From: Gonapodya sp. JEL0774
Lineage: Eukaryota
Length of the DNA: 64,000 nt
Assembly (NCBI GenBank): GCA_027604505.1
Contig: JADIIX010000037.1
Span: 62,001 to 126,000, forward strand
Direction: 5' to 3'
The notes under the pieces: model-generated
What the model saw: only the letters and a program-made list of their open reading frames with translations
Told to the model about the DNA's origin: nothing
Databases searched by the model: none
Position numbers and translations under genes: made by a program
Shown here: positions 12,299-26,416 of the stretch, one piece after another
Layout: the number at the start of each line of letters is the position of its first letter
How positions within the stretch are numbered: position 1 is the first letter of the stretch

Positions 12299-14807
12299 AT
12301 GGATACTCATCCAGATCGCGTACCATTAGCAGCAGGTTGCTTGGACGAATCCCAAGAGAAAACAGGGAGCGCCCAGGTCGAAGATGAGAAATCCATCAGC
12401 ATTCGCGAATCCGGCGCCCGGGAGAAAAGTGGAGACGCGCATGTCGTCGACAAGAAATCCATCAGCATTCTGGACGGAAAAGACTCCAGAACGGACAATG
12501 ATTCTACGGAGAATCCGATAGTAATGGAGGAAGGAAAGGAAAGACAGGGAGAGGAGCAAGAGCTGGACGATCAGACGAATCACTTACCAGTCAAGCAACT
12601 ACTGCTCGTGTTCCTCGGGTGTGGGATCGCAATCATGCTGTCGATGTTGGATCAAACAAGTGCGTTTTGTGTTTCCGTCATCCTTCGCCCGTCCCCCAGC
12701 CTTTCTTGAGACATACCGATCGCCACGTTTTCAGTTGTTGCAACCGCCCTCCCCCGAATATCCTCCGAGTTCAACGAAGCCGATGAGTCATCTTGGGTGG
12801 GAACCTCATTTCTGCTCACCAGCACTGCTTTCCAGACGCTGTGGGGCCGTTTCAGTGACATTTGGTAAGGTTTCTAGTTTTGCGATGACACCATGTCAAC
12901 CTAAATCGAGCAAACATTTCTCTTTTTTATGCTTAGGGGGAGGAAAGTATGCCTCCTCACCTCTCTTGTGATTTTCCTCCTTGGGAGCATCCTGTGCGGA
13001 GTGGCACAATCACTCACGCAACTCATTATATACCGCGCGGTAGCCGGAGTCGGAGGAGGCGGGATCGTTACACTCGTCATGGTGGTTGTATCGGATGTGG
13101 TGAGCATTCGAGAGAGGGGCAAATATCAGGTGAGCAGAACGAGTGTTGTGGGCACCGTTCCCCAGAAAGGATGGGCCATGCAAAAATACTTGATACTCAC
13201 AAGCGATTCATTAATAATCTAAATAGGGCTTGATTGGTGCGGCAATAGCTGTGGCTGGTGTGATTGGCCCGCTCCTTGGAGGTGTGTTTTCCGACCCGTC
13301 AGGACTGGGCTGGCGATGGTGCTTTTACTTAAAGTGAGCTTTGGAGTCCCACCGCATCTGTAAATTACACTCCCCCATTTGACATATTCGAACCCTTGAA
13401 AATCCAAGCATTCCCTTTTGTACCCTCGCCCTTGCCCTCATTTTTTTCCTGCTCCCCTCGAAACAACTAACTGGGTCTTTGCGCGCCAAGGTTTTGCGAG
13501 TAGATTACCTTGGTGCAGCGCTTATACTCATCACGACGCTGTTGCTACTGGTGGGTCATTCAAGTTCCGGTTGACGCTGGCGAGTTTGACCCATGGCACA
13601 AGGTTCTAAAGTTCCTCCATTTTATGCATAACCACCCAAAAAACAGATTCCGACATCGTGGGGTGGCACCACGTACCCATGGAACTCCCCTCAAATAATC
13701 GTGCTGTTTGTATTCGCGGTGATGTTTTTGATTTTGACGATTACTGGTGAAATATGGGTCGAACGGAGGAAGAAACTCCCCATAATTCCGAGTGAGTAAT
13801 GTCCATTGCGTAAGCGTTGTTCGTATTTCTCTCCTTTGTGCTGGCCGTTTTGTGAATTCTAACGTCTCAATTACTCTTCCTGGAAGTGCGTGTCTTCCTT
13901 ATGCGCACCCCCGCAGTGATTTTTCTCACACAGTTTTTGAACGGAATCCCCTTTTACGGGCAGCTCTACTATATCCCGCAATACTTCCAGATCGTTAAAC
14001 AGGAGTCAGGGACTGCAGCGGGTTTGCAGCTGTTCCCGCTGCTTGTTGCCCAAACAGTTTCAGTACTGCTTTCTGGGTATATTGTCAGCCGGAAGGGAAG
14101 GTTTGTAAGCCGGAAATTCTGCCTCAATGTCATAAAAGGAAATGAAAGACTCAACTGACTATGAACAAATCAGACACAACAAACTATTCATCGTCATCGG
14201 CTATGTTCTCTGGACGGTTGCTTGCGGTCTCCAATACACGTTGGACAGAACCACGAGCACCCCCGTTGTTGTGACTATTCTCGTTTTTACAGGTGAGAAG
14301 CGTCGCGTTGCGGATTCAAATTCTGCGTGGTTAACATTCGGAGCACGAAACAGGACTGGGCGCAGGTTTGACGTTCCAAACGTCACTCGGTTGGTACGAT
14401 TCCCTCTCCAGTCTCTTACTTCCTTTCTCATCGATTCTCCTCGCTGACGATGTTCAGTCGCCGCCCAAGCGTCTGTTGAACGTCAAGATATGGCCGTCGT
14501 AACCGGTCTGCGCAATTTTTTCCGCACCACAGGCGGTACATTGGGACTGGCCGTGTGCGGGGCGATACTCAACAATGCGCTCATAAGAAAACTAGCTGCA
14601 GAACCGCTTGACTTTCCACCCGAATTGGTGGCAAAGATCGTCGCGTCGGCAACCAATATCCCGTCGGTAGTGTCACCAGACGTTGTTTTCGTTGTGTTGG
14701 ACACGTATCAGGAGGCACTGCGAGAGGTGTATCTCTTGTTTATTCCGTGCATGGCAATATCGGCTATTCTCTCATATTTGTTTATTGAGGAGAAGGTTCT
14801 TGTGTAA
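12299..14807 (+). CDS. MFS drug:H+ antiporter, 14-TMS (DHA2) family (multi-exon)
   Basis: LSMLDQT/VVATALP, WVGTSFLLTSTAFQTLWGRFSDI/GRK, YRAVAGVGGGG, SDVVSIRERGKYQ, GPLLGG, WRWCFY, YYIPQYFQ, FFRTTGGTLGLAV. Confidence 0.9.
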
Positions 14808-15103
14808 AAAGTTGAACTATCGCACATTCCCTGAATGATTATTCCTGTGTCTCACACGCCTCGAAAGACCTATTGCAAGATCATCGATTACACAATTGGA
14901 TTATCACGACTGTACAAGGGTATAACCTCAAGTGTCAACATTTCTAACGGTGATTACTGTCGCCAATATCAAAACATATCACACAATAGTCAGTGGGTCT
15001 CAATCTCAACACATGACGCGGTTTCCATACAAAATTTCCACTGGCAGTTGTAGTGGCGGGTGCGCGTGAGGCGCTTGCGGGCTAAGAATGGGAGTGTGTT
15101 GGG

Positions 15104-16729
15104 TCAACTGAATTGCAATCCGAGGTTTGGATTCCGGCCGAGGGGGCCTAAATGGATGCCAGCAATGCAAGCTTTCCCCAAAGACAAGGAGCCCCCGGGC
15201 ACGACACACGGACCCGCGGCGAAAAGTCGCTGGCCGCTTTGATCGAACGATAGCGAGCTGGCGTGTGAGAGTAGGCTAGGTTTGAGATGGAGAACCGCGA
15301 CGAGTGTGAGGGAGGGGGGAGCGACAGCGGCAGATAGTGCGAGGGCCGTGGGTTGGGTGGGTAAAGTTTGTATGGTGGAGGTAGAAACATCACCAAAAGA
15401 TGATATTAACGACGAGATGTTGCCTGGATGGAAGAGCAGAACTGTAGGGGTAGAGAGTGTGACAGCAATATGGCCAGTAAACGGGTTGACACGAATACTG
15501 GAGATATCACATTTAAAAGGTTAGAATGGACGGCAAATGACCTTGCTAAGTTCAATGGTGTACATACGGGCCTATTCCTGAGTCCGTGGTTATGATGGAC
15601 CCATAGAAGTTCGGTTGGAGTTCAATCACCACGGTCCCGTTGTCCAGCTGCCCTGGTCCGACAATGCGGTATCTCCAGACACGATTGCTCGATTGAGTGC
15701 TCTCCGCAATATACAGTAACGTCCCTTCCTTGTTCACAGCGAGCCCGGTGACTCTGCTCATGGTCAGAAGAGTGCTCACTGTAGGAATGGATGACGTCAC
15801 ATTGACGGAATCTTGAGGTCCAAGCGTCAGTGAGAAGGGCGCCACATAGTAAACACCGCTCTTCACTTCCGTGTATGTGGCATTTGCCACCACTCTGCCG
15901 CTTCCTCCCGAACAAAAGAATCCCCCGAAACGATCCAACGTCGTCAGCTCGTCTGGAGTGTCCGTTAGATTACTCGGCAACTGTACGCTGAAGAGCTTGG
16001 TGAGGTTAAGTGATCCAGTATTCGTTGCAGATGCGGCGTAGGGATCAACAAAATCGATCCGGGAGTTGTGGAAATCTGCGAGTACAAGCAGGGGACGACT
16101 CTGGGGAGGTTTGGAGGCGACTGAGTAGAAACGGACGGAGAGCCACCGAGACGCAATATATTGAGCTGTAGGTTGCCCTTCAAATGCAAGGGAGATGGTG
16201 GTGGGGAAGGATGCGGAAGCGGAGCGAGTGGACGTGGTCGAAGTTGGAGTTGGTGATGGTGCTGAAGAGAAGGAGGTAGAGTCCGCAGTTTTATTGGTTG
16301 AGGATGGACTGCTGAGTAGCCAGATACGATTATCGGAGAAACAAGTCTGGTACAGTGTGTTTCGGTGAGAACGGAGGATAATAACGAGTCCTTCCAATCC
16401 GACGAGGATCCCGGGCCCTCTTTTCATTTCCCTCGATCATCGGCTGGCGACAACTCCCCGAAAACTTGATACGTTTCCCGTTCATTCTCACTCACATATA
16501 CACCCCCATCAGGACCAACGGACACTCCATCGGCAAACGGGTCCATGGTTGACTTGGCTGGAGAAACCACCGACAAAGCGCTAAGAACCGACAGCCTGGC
16601 CAATGTTGGCATTGATGTTAAAGATTCCGCTATTGTAGGCGGAGGTTTGGAGAGGAAGGCCAGGGTGAACAGGATGGCGAGAAACCATAACCTGCCTGCC
16701 CAAGGAGAACATGGGCGGGGATGGCCCAT
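15104..16729 (-). CDS. Secreted beta-propeller protein (SMP-30/gluconolactonase/NHL-like), multi-exon
   Basis: Signal peptide (LWFLAILFTLAFLS); blade-like motifs DGVSVGPDGGVYV, LLVLADFHNSRI, TGLAVNKEGTLLYIAES..NRVWRY, SLSFDQSGQRLFAAG. The last exon was reconstructed by hand to TGA at 15104. Confidence 0.6.
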
Positions 16730-18942
16730 CTCGGGCGGAGGAAAGGTCTGGGAGCTGCCGTCTTGTAATTGTGATTTTGTTTGGTGACTTGCAAAATAAT
16801 AGTTTCGAGGGTCCCCGACTCAAATGAAAGAACCCTGCCTGACGACATGCGCAAAATTAATTTGGTCCAGGGGTCCCACCACACTTTTGTGGTGCTCATG
16901 AAGCACTGAAAGCCGATTTTATTGATGGAGAGAACCAGTATTACCTTTTCCACCCGACATACATTTATATCCACTACGATTCTACAATGGGGACTCGTTG
17001 CATGTGTGTGCAAGAACGACTATGCTCCGTTCATCCGCTTCATGTCAAGCTAGATGTTGCCTGGCATGCCGAAAACTATAGCAATCGAAGGTCCTGTATT
17101 TGGCAAGGAAATCTCAATCTCAACGCTCCGGGAAAGAGAAGGAAGTGATGCGATTACTGACCCAACCGTCACTAGTGGCGACCCCAGTTTCACAACATGC
17201 GCTTTATCGCGAGCTCATTGCGCGCCATATTAAGTTGATATCTGATTTAGACCAGATGAAGGGCTTCGACAAATGAGTCTCCAGTATACATTTTGCTGAA
17301 ACCTCATCACAACTCTTTTGACCATGTCATTTGGTGGCCACGCGTTATTATGCATACTATTAGCCAGGGGAGGGACAGATAGATTATTATCCCATGAGAT
17401 TCCTGGACCAGCGCAAAAGAACCGGCAGAGATCCCTGTATGTTTCATGACAGCCCGCCGCACATACTGACTGCTGTGTTTACACAAAGGCGTTTCAGTAT
17501 TATTGTTCCATCCTGTCACATCCGCTTTCTATTTGTGCGTACAACATCGCTATCAATATTAGATTCCCGTTTCAGTACTGCATTGCCGTGACAGGCTGCC
17601 CAACAAGAAGTGCGAAGCCTCGCAGATACCGACCCACGGGCCACTAACTACTTGTGCTGAGTACATCTAACTACTTGGTCAGATATCCAATGCCCAGTTG
17701 CCACCGTGCCACACAGATTCCAGTCCTCAGTGTGCAGGGGTCAATCGCGACGCTTGCCAGGTGACACCCCTGTCCCTTCCTTTCTCACACTCTCCTCCAA
17801 CCCCTCCTCCTGGAACGTTTCGTCTCTTTCAAAGGTATCTTCTCGTCAGGTAAATTTTACCCACCACGCAATTGGTGCTCATCATTCCCGGCATAGATGA
17901 AAATGTAGTGTAACCGTAACGGACCCATCGGTCCGGGCGTAGTCGCGAGTGTTTGTACGTACATTGTTAGTGTCTCTAGTACATGTGGGCATTTATACTA
18001 GTCTGTGGCCAACCCGGTGGCCCAGATGTCACGGGTACACAACAAAAAGAAGGTGATGAAATGGAAGGGAGACGTGGAGGGCATCCAGGACTGTTTTCTC
18101 AGCTCTCTGCGATCTCTAACAGATTGCATAGGGAGCTACTTTTGCCCGCCCATATGGGAGAGATTATCTAGCGTAAAACGAATCCAGATATAAATCGCGT
18201 GCGTAATAAAACTGAGAATCAGTATCGGCATGATGCAACATCATACTGATGTCCCGTAAATTCTTGAAGTCGTGCAACATTCGGCTCGACCGACGGAAAA
18301 GATGGTTCTTCTTGTTTACATACATAACAAACAAGGATGAGAATACCAAACTGAGAACAAATTTTGTGCACCGCAGGCACAATTGGTTTTAGCAGCAAAA
18401 AGCGGCCAGGGTTTAGTTTCCCCTCCATATTGAGGCCCACTCAAAGTCTTTTTCTGGTGAATAGCGGGAATAGGCACGCTGATTGTGACATTAGGATTGG
18501 GTCACGGAGTGCTTGGAAAAGCGCCTTTGGCGGACGGCCGGGTGAGGCTGGGGATTTAATTGGAGCATTCGGACCTGTGAGTTGAAGAACGGTGAGGACT
18601 GAGGACCGCAGAGAGAAGCATAAGTGAGAGTACCGATCAAGACGTCAGACACAAGAAGGACCACGGGAACTGGTGGCGGGATGGGGGGTGTCGTAGGGTT
18701 TATGAACTCAAGCAGCCACTTCGAACATCACCAGCGAAACCGAGAAGAAGACGGGTAGTGCGTCAAAGAACGTTTTCGGCAATAAGCACCTGCCCTCTAT
18801 GTCGTTTTGCCTGTCTCTTGTGCTCAGTGGCACTGTTCCAGTCTCAACTTTGGCTGCTTACCGTCATATTCCAAACCCTTCGTAAAACCCTACCTGTTAG
18901 TCCTCATAATCTGCTCAACATCTCTTCGAAATCAAGCAAGTA

Positions 18943-21900
18943 ATGCCACCCAAACGTCTTCGAGTGGAGCTGTGGGATGGTTCCATAAAAGTCGTTGTGG
19001 TGCGCGAATCGGTGGACTCCGTCAAGGGCCTCCTCCACCTCCTCTCCTCAAAAGTACCTGCCTTGTCGAGCTCTGTTGCGCAAGCGGATGCTCAAATTGC
19101 GTACTTGGACTCGTTCAACATTGCCCGGACACTCGCCGCGGACTCTGATGTTGCCTCCATGTTCGCCTCTGAGGGAACGCCTGTCCTCAAAGTCACTAAG
19201 GCAGGCACTGCAACATCCTTTACCTCTTCATCATCACTCGTTTTGGGCACTGCCCGTAGTGACTCAAATCTTCCGGATCGTGGTGGTGGTGGTGGTGGTC
19301 CCCTCGTCCAAAATCCTCCCACCCACATGCTCTCGGGTCGGGAGCAAATGCGAGCTGCGATACTCTCTGGAGCAGTCGCCTCGCCATCTCCACCGTCATC
19401 TGGCACTCTCTCACGAGCCTCAGCTCCCCGAGGTGGCCCTGGACCCGGGTTGCCAGGTGTACCAGGCCTTCCAATCAACGGAGCGCCGTCAGGTTCGCTC
19501 AAGCAACACTCCTCCGCTCACCCCATTCAAACTCAACCGCATTCCACATCTCCAACACCGTCTCCACTCTCTCCACCACCGTCTGGCCCTGTCCACAATC
19601 TCAACAATCTTAACGATCATAACAATCACAACAATCACATTCACCAACCAGCGTACACCCCTCTATCTCCTTCACCTTCATCTTCGTCGTCCCTTCCGCG
19701 ACCTGGTGCTGGCTTTCCATATCAAGTGGACGACCGATCCCACTCTCGGCTGAATCATGGATACAACCAACCGGACGACCGAACATCACTGGCTCCATCC
19801 CCTGCCTCCACCCTTACTCGCCGACCGTCCGCAAATGGGCATAACCCTCATTATCCCCCTTCTCCGGTTTCCACATCCCTCGCGCCCTCCCGATCTCCCC
19901 TATCCCCAACTCCCTCCGAATACCATGAAAGTCCTCGCCTACATACCCCGACAAGCTCGTCCACCCTCGGCATCCCTGCAAGCACGAATCGCACTGCGCA
20001 GGTCATGCAACAACTCGCGGAGCGCATGCAGGCCCAGGCTGCTGCAAGTCGAGCTGCCGCTGCGGCAGCACAGGCTGCTGCACAGGCTGTAGGAGTTGGA
20101 AATGGTGTTATGAGTAGTCAGGTGATGGGTGGCGGTGGGGGTACTGGAGGTGCCCCGCTTAGCAGAGGTCAGTCATTACTTGCTCAGGCTCAGGCACAGG
20201 TTCAGGCGCAATTGCGCGCTGCTGCGGCAACGAATGGTGTCGGAAATCAGGCGCAATTAGTAAATGGGCGGCCTATCTCAATGTATGGTAACTCGGCCCT
20301 ACCGATCCCGGCTCATGCGGATGTGCGAGCACGATCTCGATCACGTGACCGGCGAGAAAGCGGACACAGCGATTACTCTGCTGCCCCTTCCACCGGTGAC
20401 CGTGATGGCGAGCGAGATCGTGACGAACGGGATGGAGCGAGCTCCACGGGTGTACGCTCTGTGCTCTCTCCCACTCCATCGACTAGCGGTCAAGATGAAT
20501 CGATGGGTCAGCAATCCTCCATGTCCGTCTCCTCATCACCGTCTACCCGGCCGTCCTCTAACATAAAGAGACTGCGGGTGGACCACTGGTCTTCTACCAG
20601 TACCGTCATCCTCCGCTCCACCGGCTCACCCCGCACCCTTGACGAGCTTCTCCGACTCCTTGTGCTCAAAGTCTCTGAATTCTGGGCATACGACCCCAGT
20701 GGACTCAGCGTAGTGTGGATTCACCCGGAAACTGGTGAAAAGAAACATGTCGTGGGAGACGGAGAAGTAGTCGAAATGTTTGGTTGGGACGGGGTTCATC
20801 TGGTCGTGTCGAAGGACGACAGTGCCGCGAATGGAAATCTGAATCAAAACCTGACTTCCAGGACTACTGCGCAAAGAGTGAGTAAATATCGGGATTGATC
20901 AGGGCGGTTGAACGACGTTCAAATGTTTCAACGAGTTTGGTGGGATGTTGACTGAAAGGCGTCGGAAATTACGAATGCGGATGAAGCCGCCATCAGAAGT
21001 CATCAGAGTGCAGTCGACGCTGATGACTATTATGTGATCTCTTGTGGTGATCATGTCGGACGTTAGGATTTACACTGGCTGTGCTCTCACGGAGCGTACC
21101 TGACAAGGCCACATATCAACGCATCACATTTGCTGACTTGATTTTTCTCCCACACATCTAAATTGTTTTAAACTTCTACTTTCGCGCTTTTTGACGATAT
21201 TTCCATCTATTCTTCAAGTCAAACCCGCCTTCCGCTCCCCCGCGTCCCCTCTCTACCATCTCACCCAACACCGCATCTTCCCTCCCCCCGGCCTCGTCTC
21301 GCCCATTGTCAACCTACGGCACAGCTGGTACCCCACGATCAGCAGCCGGCATGACGACGCTGACACAACCACAGGCGCCAATTCAGGCGCGTGGCGCCCA
21401 AGGGCAGAATGATCAGAGAGGCTACCCTGTAACAGCATCTCCGCCGGCTAGTGCCGCGTCTATTCTCGGTCAAGCTCAGGATTCTCAGCAAGCTGGTACA
21501 GGTCCCGCTCGATCACATTCAGTCACGTCGGCTGCCTCTGCGCAATCTGCTCGGTCGGGTGCTTCTGTCCCCTCGTCAGGTCAGCCATCGCCGCTCATGG
21601 GCACGCGCGCACTGCCCAGCCCAAGCCCGTCTGCGCAGGCGCAGCTGGGGAACTCGGGGTCGTCGGTTATGGCCGCGGCAATGGCCATGTTAGCCGCTCA
21701 AGCCAAGGAGGAGATGTATCCCACACCACCCAGGACCCCTCCGCCGGCTGGTAAGACCGGGTCCTCACAGCAGCAACAGCACCAGGGCGTTACATCGGCA
21801 AATGCAAGTCGCTCTTCTGGTTCCTCCAATGGAGCAAGGGAATCCTCCCCTGCACCACAGCACAGGCCGCCACGTGATCGTTCTCCTGCACCACATCTCG

Positions 21901-24064
21901 CAACCGGCTCGCAGAATCCCAATCGTCGCTCCATACGAGAGTCTTCTCCATCCGGGGCTATCCCCACCCCTGATGCTCGCCGCCGATCCGTCATTCGCGA
22001 CCGCTCGCCTGCACCACTACCAGCCTCTTCTCACTCACCCGCTCTTCGTGACTCCCAAGGATCTGTCGAACACGATGCGATGAACCAACAAGGAAGGTTG
22101 CAGGCGGGACCGAGACCGCGACCTGGCATGGCGTCATCGTCACCCGCGAGATGGTCCGGTGTTAACCAAGGTGGTGAGTTAGCGCCACCAACAAGTACTC
22201 CACGGTTCCCGCTTGCCAGACAAGGAACGGATCAGTCGATTCACTCTAACAACGGCTCCATGTCGCTCTCAGCGCGTCACTCGCAGCTGATTGTCGACCC
22301 TGCATCAGTGCGTGCTTCCGTGGCTTCGGTTGCGAGTTGGGTCCAGGAACATGCACAAGCAATTATCCCAGCTCCAGGATCCGTCTCCATGCCCCTGCCG
22401 ACGCCTACACCTGGAGGTTCTCTTAGGCTCGGTGTAGCTCACGGGAGTCCGCGGCCAAATTCTGAGTATGGAAGGCCTTGGGAGGGCGGTGCCATGAGTC
22501 CGCCAGCAAGTGGACAATTGGCGGCGGGGTCTCCGCCGATCTCCAGGAATGGATCCGCATCATCGAGACAACTCCCTGGATTGGTGAGGCGCCCAACGGA
22601 CGGGTCATTTACACCCAATAACTCTTCATTATCAAGAGGATCCGTGTCTACAGCTTCGGTGTCGACCGTTTCAGTCGAGTTGGAGGGTCCAACCGGCCCA
22701 CAGCAGAACGAGGGTAGGAGCAACGCAAACCAGCAAAATCGACACAATCGCAGGTCCTATATGCCGCAAGTGCTGAACGAGAAGGTTTCCAAAATGGAGG
22801 GGAATGGCGGACCGAGGGGTCATAGGAGGTTCAATAGTGCGGATGGAGGGGGCACTTCCGGGCCAGGGTTCTCAGGCGCGGGCACTGGTGGGTACGACGT
22901 TGACCCAGCGGATCAAGATGACGACTTGGCAACTTTGGAGCCCCAGCCTCGTTCGTCCATGTCGGAAAACCGGGAAGGTCGCCAAAGTCAGCGACAGGGT
23001 CCCGATGTTCGCGAAGGCAGGCCCCGGCGGCAAATTCGATCGGAATCGGTGAACCCGTCAGATTCCCGGAGACAAGGTTCAATGTCAGTGAACTTGGCGG
23101 AAAGGGGACGCCGAGACCTTTCGCGAGACTCTTCCATGTCGGGCCCGCAGGGGAAGAGGCAAGTCAGGGACCGCAGCGCCCCTCCGCGGCCCCAATCGCT
23201 TCACTCATATGGCAGCGCGTCGTCCTACACTACGGGTTCTCTGTCTGGACGGAAACGGATACCTCGTTCGAGACCCAGCGCCGGTCCCTCTCAAATGTCC
23301 AGGCCCCCCGTGACGGGTGCAGGTCCCTCTGCACTTATCGCAGAGCCCGAGCAAGTGGAAGAGAAATACACGGACAAGTTGAGAGTAGAGGTGGACGGGT
23401 TTGTGAGAGATGTCGAGCTCATTTGGAGAACGGATGATACGATGTTCACGGCGGAGGACTTGATGGGTGAGTTTGCGAAGGACAACTGGGCGAGGCATAG
23501 GAGTTGGGGATACAAATTGGTGAGTTTGTCGTTAGAACTTAAACAACAAATGCAGCAATCTCAGTCCTCCCCTGTTATCATTTTTGTAGGCACGGAAAGA
23601 CGAAGACTCGCTTTCAGTGACATTTGTGCCCCGAAAGAGGAGCTTGAAGACGCAAGACAGTGCTGGGATGAGCAAGATCAAGATAGTGAGTTTCTTTTGC
23701 ACACTTTCTGTGGCGGTCCTACTTTCCAACGATACGCTGACAACCGGTAACATGACGTCTCCAGACTTTCTTCTGCAACAGCGTCACCCTCTACCGCTCC
23801 GCTATTACAAACTTCCCCCGCAAAGTCGAATCGATCAGCGTCCGAGAGTTCCGTTCTTCCTTCATCCGCCCCATTCGCTCCCTCATCAAGCGGACAGATG
23901 GGACCTATACCACCAGCACTACCCACTGGGGATGTTTTGTCCTTCCTCGCGGAGGTGATCCTCACATTGCATACGTGGTGAAAGATGCTACTGAGATTCT
24001 ACGGCCTGCATGCAAGAAATCGGTAGAAGCGTTTTGGAAGAATGAGAGTCGACGGCAGGACTAG
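18943..24064 (+). CDS. Large Ser/Pro/Gln-rich protein (about 1,600 aa) with two (possibly three) PB1/ubiquitin-like domains; function unknown
   Basis: ORF 18943 splices in phase 0 (AGA|GTGAGT 20878..TTCAAG 21218) into the 21306 frame. Further phase-0 introns at 23520-23589 and about 23686-23764 lead to TAG at 24062-24064. Internal repeats start KRLRV(E/D)xW. Confidence 0.65.
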
Positions 24065-24675
24065 GATTACGATTGGGAACAACAGGTGAATTTTGGTACC
24101 AGCCGTCTTATAAATCGCCGAATCATGGAATTCTAACGCGCGATGTCTGTGCATCCATCTCAGACCACCACGTTTAATTATTCTGGACAGTAATAGTGTC
24201 CATTCATATCGTGAGGAAGCCTGTAGTGCTTCGTAGATTATGTCACTGCAGGGAGGAGCGCTCGAATGTAGTTTGGCCTGTTCGCCTAATTTTACCGTTC
24301 ATTATTCCCACATTCAAGAGCTATTTTTGTTCAGGGCCATCGCAAAACATTCCCGTGTTGTTGGAAGGGCGAGGTACGGTTTTGCCTGCGTGAACATAAT
24401 GCTGAGAGGCAACAACTCGTGATTTCACAAGATTCATTTTATATCACATGTGAAAGCCTGTTATCAAGCGGCGGCACTCTGGTGATCTTCTTTTCTTGTC
24501 CACCTCTACAGCTTGCGCGTTGTCCATTCACTGTTACGAATTTATGATAGTCGGTACCCTCTCAGCAACTTGAAACTCAACAATAAACACTTGAAGGACC
24601 AATCCATTGGCCGTCACGATCCTCTGTTACATACCATAATCATTCAACTCATTGCTCGTGATATTGTACCGCGTG

Positions 24676-26013
24676 TCACGGAGTCGACTCTCCACTCAAG
24701 ATCGCGGTGGAATACACGTCACCCCATTGCATGGTGGCAAATTCCTTGCCCCAGTCCTTACAACTCCTGTTGATACCTTCGAAGATCCCCACCAAGTTTG
24801 GCGCCGGACATTTCCCCGCATACGATCCGACCCACACGATCTTTCTCGCCGGTACCACCCTCACAAAGTACTCCCACGCTTGGACGAGTCTGTCAACCAC
24901 GTCGTCTGCCAGAACATCGTACAGGCGCACGGGCTGGATCATGATACACTGCACGTTTGGCATGTACTTGACGAACCCGTCGGCTACGGGTCGCATCGCC
25001 GCAACGTCGGGCAGGAATGACCGAGCGACGTCGGGACGGAAGGAGACACAGCAGCGAAAAGTTGTGAGCTGGGTCAGTCCTGCGAGGCGGTCGATGCCGT
25101 TGAGTGAGTTGGTGGTGCGATTAAGGATTTTCGCCCACATATCTGGGAAGACGAGGGGTCGTCCAAGGTCGGTGACGGAAGGGAGGAGGGACGGGATGGA
25201 GTAAATGTGACAGTTGACGTCCGTGCTTTCAACTTGGGCTTCACGGCACCAGTACTGGATGGTGCTGATGCGGGCAAATTCGGGAGAATCGCGTAGGGTT
25301 TGTGGAAGGTGCGCGAAATGTCGCCAACCATAATAGGAAAGTGCCCGCAAATTGGGGAACATTTGGAGCATTTGCTGTATTGCGGCGTCGAAGGCGGGAG
25401 CGGTCATACTGTCGTAGTAAGATATCGAGGAGATGGATGGGAAGGAGAGATCGGGTGTTTGTGTGTGATGCTCCAAAAAGGTCTCACTGATGTTGATAGA
25501 GCAAGGCCGTGCGTGCTGAACAAATTCCACCAATCCGCTCAAAATGTCGGTGCTGGTCTTTTCTTCGGATTCAGACTCGAAGCCGTCTAGATGAATTCCC
25601 GAAATCAACAGTTTCATCCTCTCCACATTTAATCCGCCACCGCAATCCGACACAATTGTCCATTTAAGAGCCTCTTCCAATTGGGAAAGAGTGCTCTCTG
25701 CCAGAAAATCGTGAGATATCTCCACCATCACCATCCCCACGACTACACGTCCTCCGACCCGTTTCTCGGTGTCCCAGAGCTGGATCCTTGCTCTCTCCTT
25801 TTTACCGGTCCTCACTCGACATCGTGCTAAAATCTTTTGTCCAAAGGGAGGCGATCGAATTTGAACTTCCAGTGGAATTCTGCCCTGGAAGTCCAAGGTG
25901 TGCAGAGCAGCAACGGACCACGCTCTATTCACAAGCGGTAGTTGTGCGAACAGAGCTCGCGGATCAAGAAAACGAAAGATCTTTGCGAGAACATCAAACG
26001 GAAGTACAATCAT
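24676..26013 (-). CDS. F-box protein, apparently intronless, with degenerate LRR-like C-terminal region
   Basis: N-terminal MIVLPFDVLAKIFRFLDPRALFAQLPLVNRAW is an F-box. LRR-like segments include FPNLRALSY, LPSVTDL and LAGLTQLTTF. Confidence 0.75.
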   Translation of the reverse strand: MIVLPFDVLAKIFRFLDPRALFAQLPLVNRAWSVAALHTLDFQGRIPLEVQIRSPPFGQKILARCRVRTGKKERARIQLWDTEKRVGGRVVVGMVMVEISHDFLAESTLSQLEEALKWTIVSDCGGGLNVERMKLLISGIHLDGFESESEEKTSTDILSGLVEFVQHARPCSINISETFLEHHTQTPDLSFPSISSISYYDSMTAPAFDAAIQQMLQMFPNLRALSYYGWRHFAHLPQTLRDSPEFARISTIQYWCREAQVESTDVNCHIYSIPSLLPSVTDLGRPLVFPDMWAKILNRTTNSLNGIDRLAGLTQLTTFRCCVSFRPDVARSFLPDVAAMRPVADGFVKYMPNVQCIMIQPVRLYDVLADDVVDRLVQAWEYFVRVVPARKIVWVGSYAGKCPAPNLVGIFEGINRSCKDWGKEFATMQWGDVYSTAILSGESTP

Positions 26014-26416
26014 GGATTGATGAAATTGATGGACCCAACCAATCGTGTCCAGTCCTTGCAGGTAGAGCTGGGAAGATGTGACCCGTGGCCACTTTCGGGT
26101 AAACAGAGATCGGCGAAACTGTTGCAGAAAAACCACAAGCAATACAGCCTTTATCTAATAGTATTCCATTATAGCCATAAGATAAGAGTTCAGGCATCTG
26201 AACTTCGTGGAAGTTCCGTTTGGTGCAGCATTCATTGGCGTCTCATTGTCCACGTCATGACAAAATTTCTCATATTATCACACATGGTTTTGAATGTACT
26301 GAGCGGCTGCAGGTTGAGGGACGGACGGGATGGCATTTGATCCATCCAGGTGGGGAGGAATTGATGCAACACGAGCAATTGTATGAGGGAACGAGATTTT
26401 CACAGCGATTTACATA

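Noticed and set aside
16730..18942. Hidden gene or ncRNA in the 2.2 kb divergent intergenic region
   Set aside because: Only short ORFs without recognisable motifs and tiny hairpins (e.g. ggacc-catc-ggtcc near 17921); no tRNA/rRNA structure recognised.
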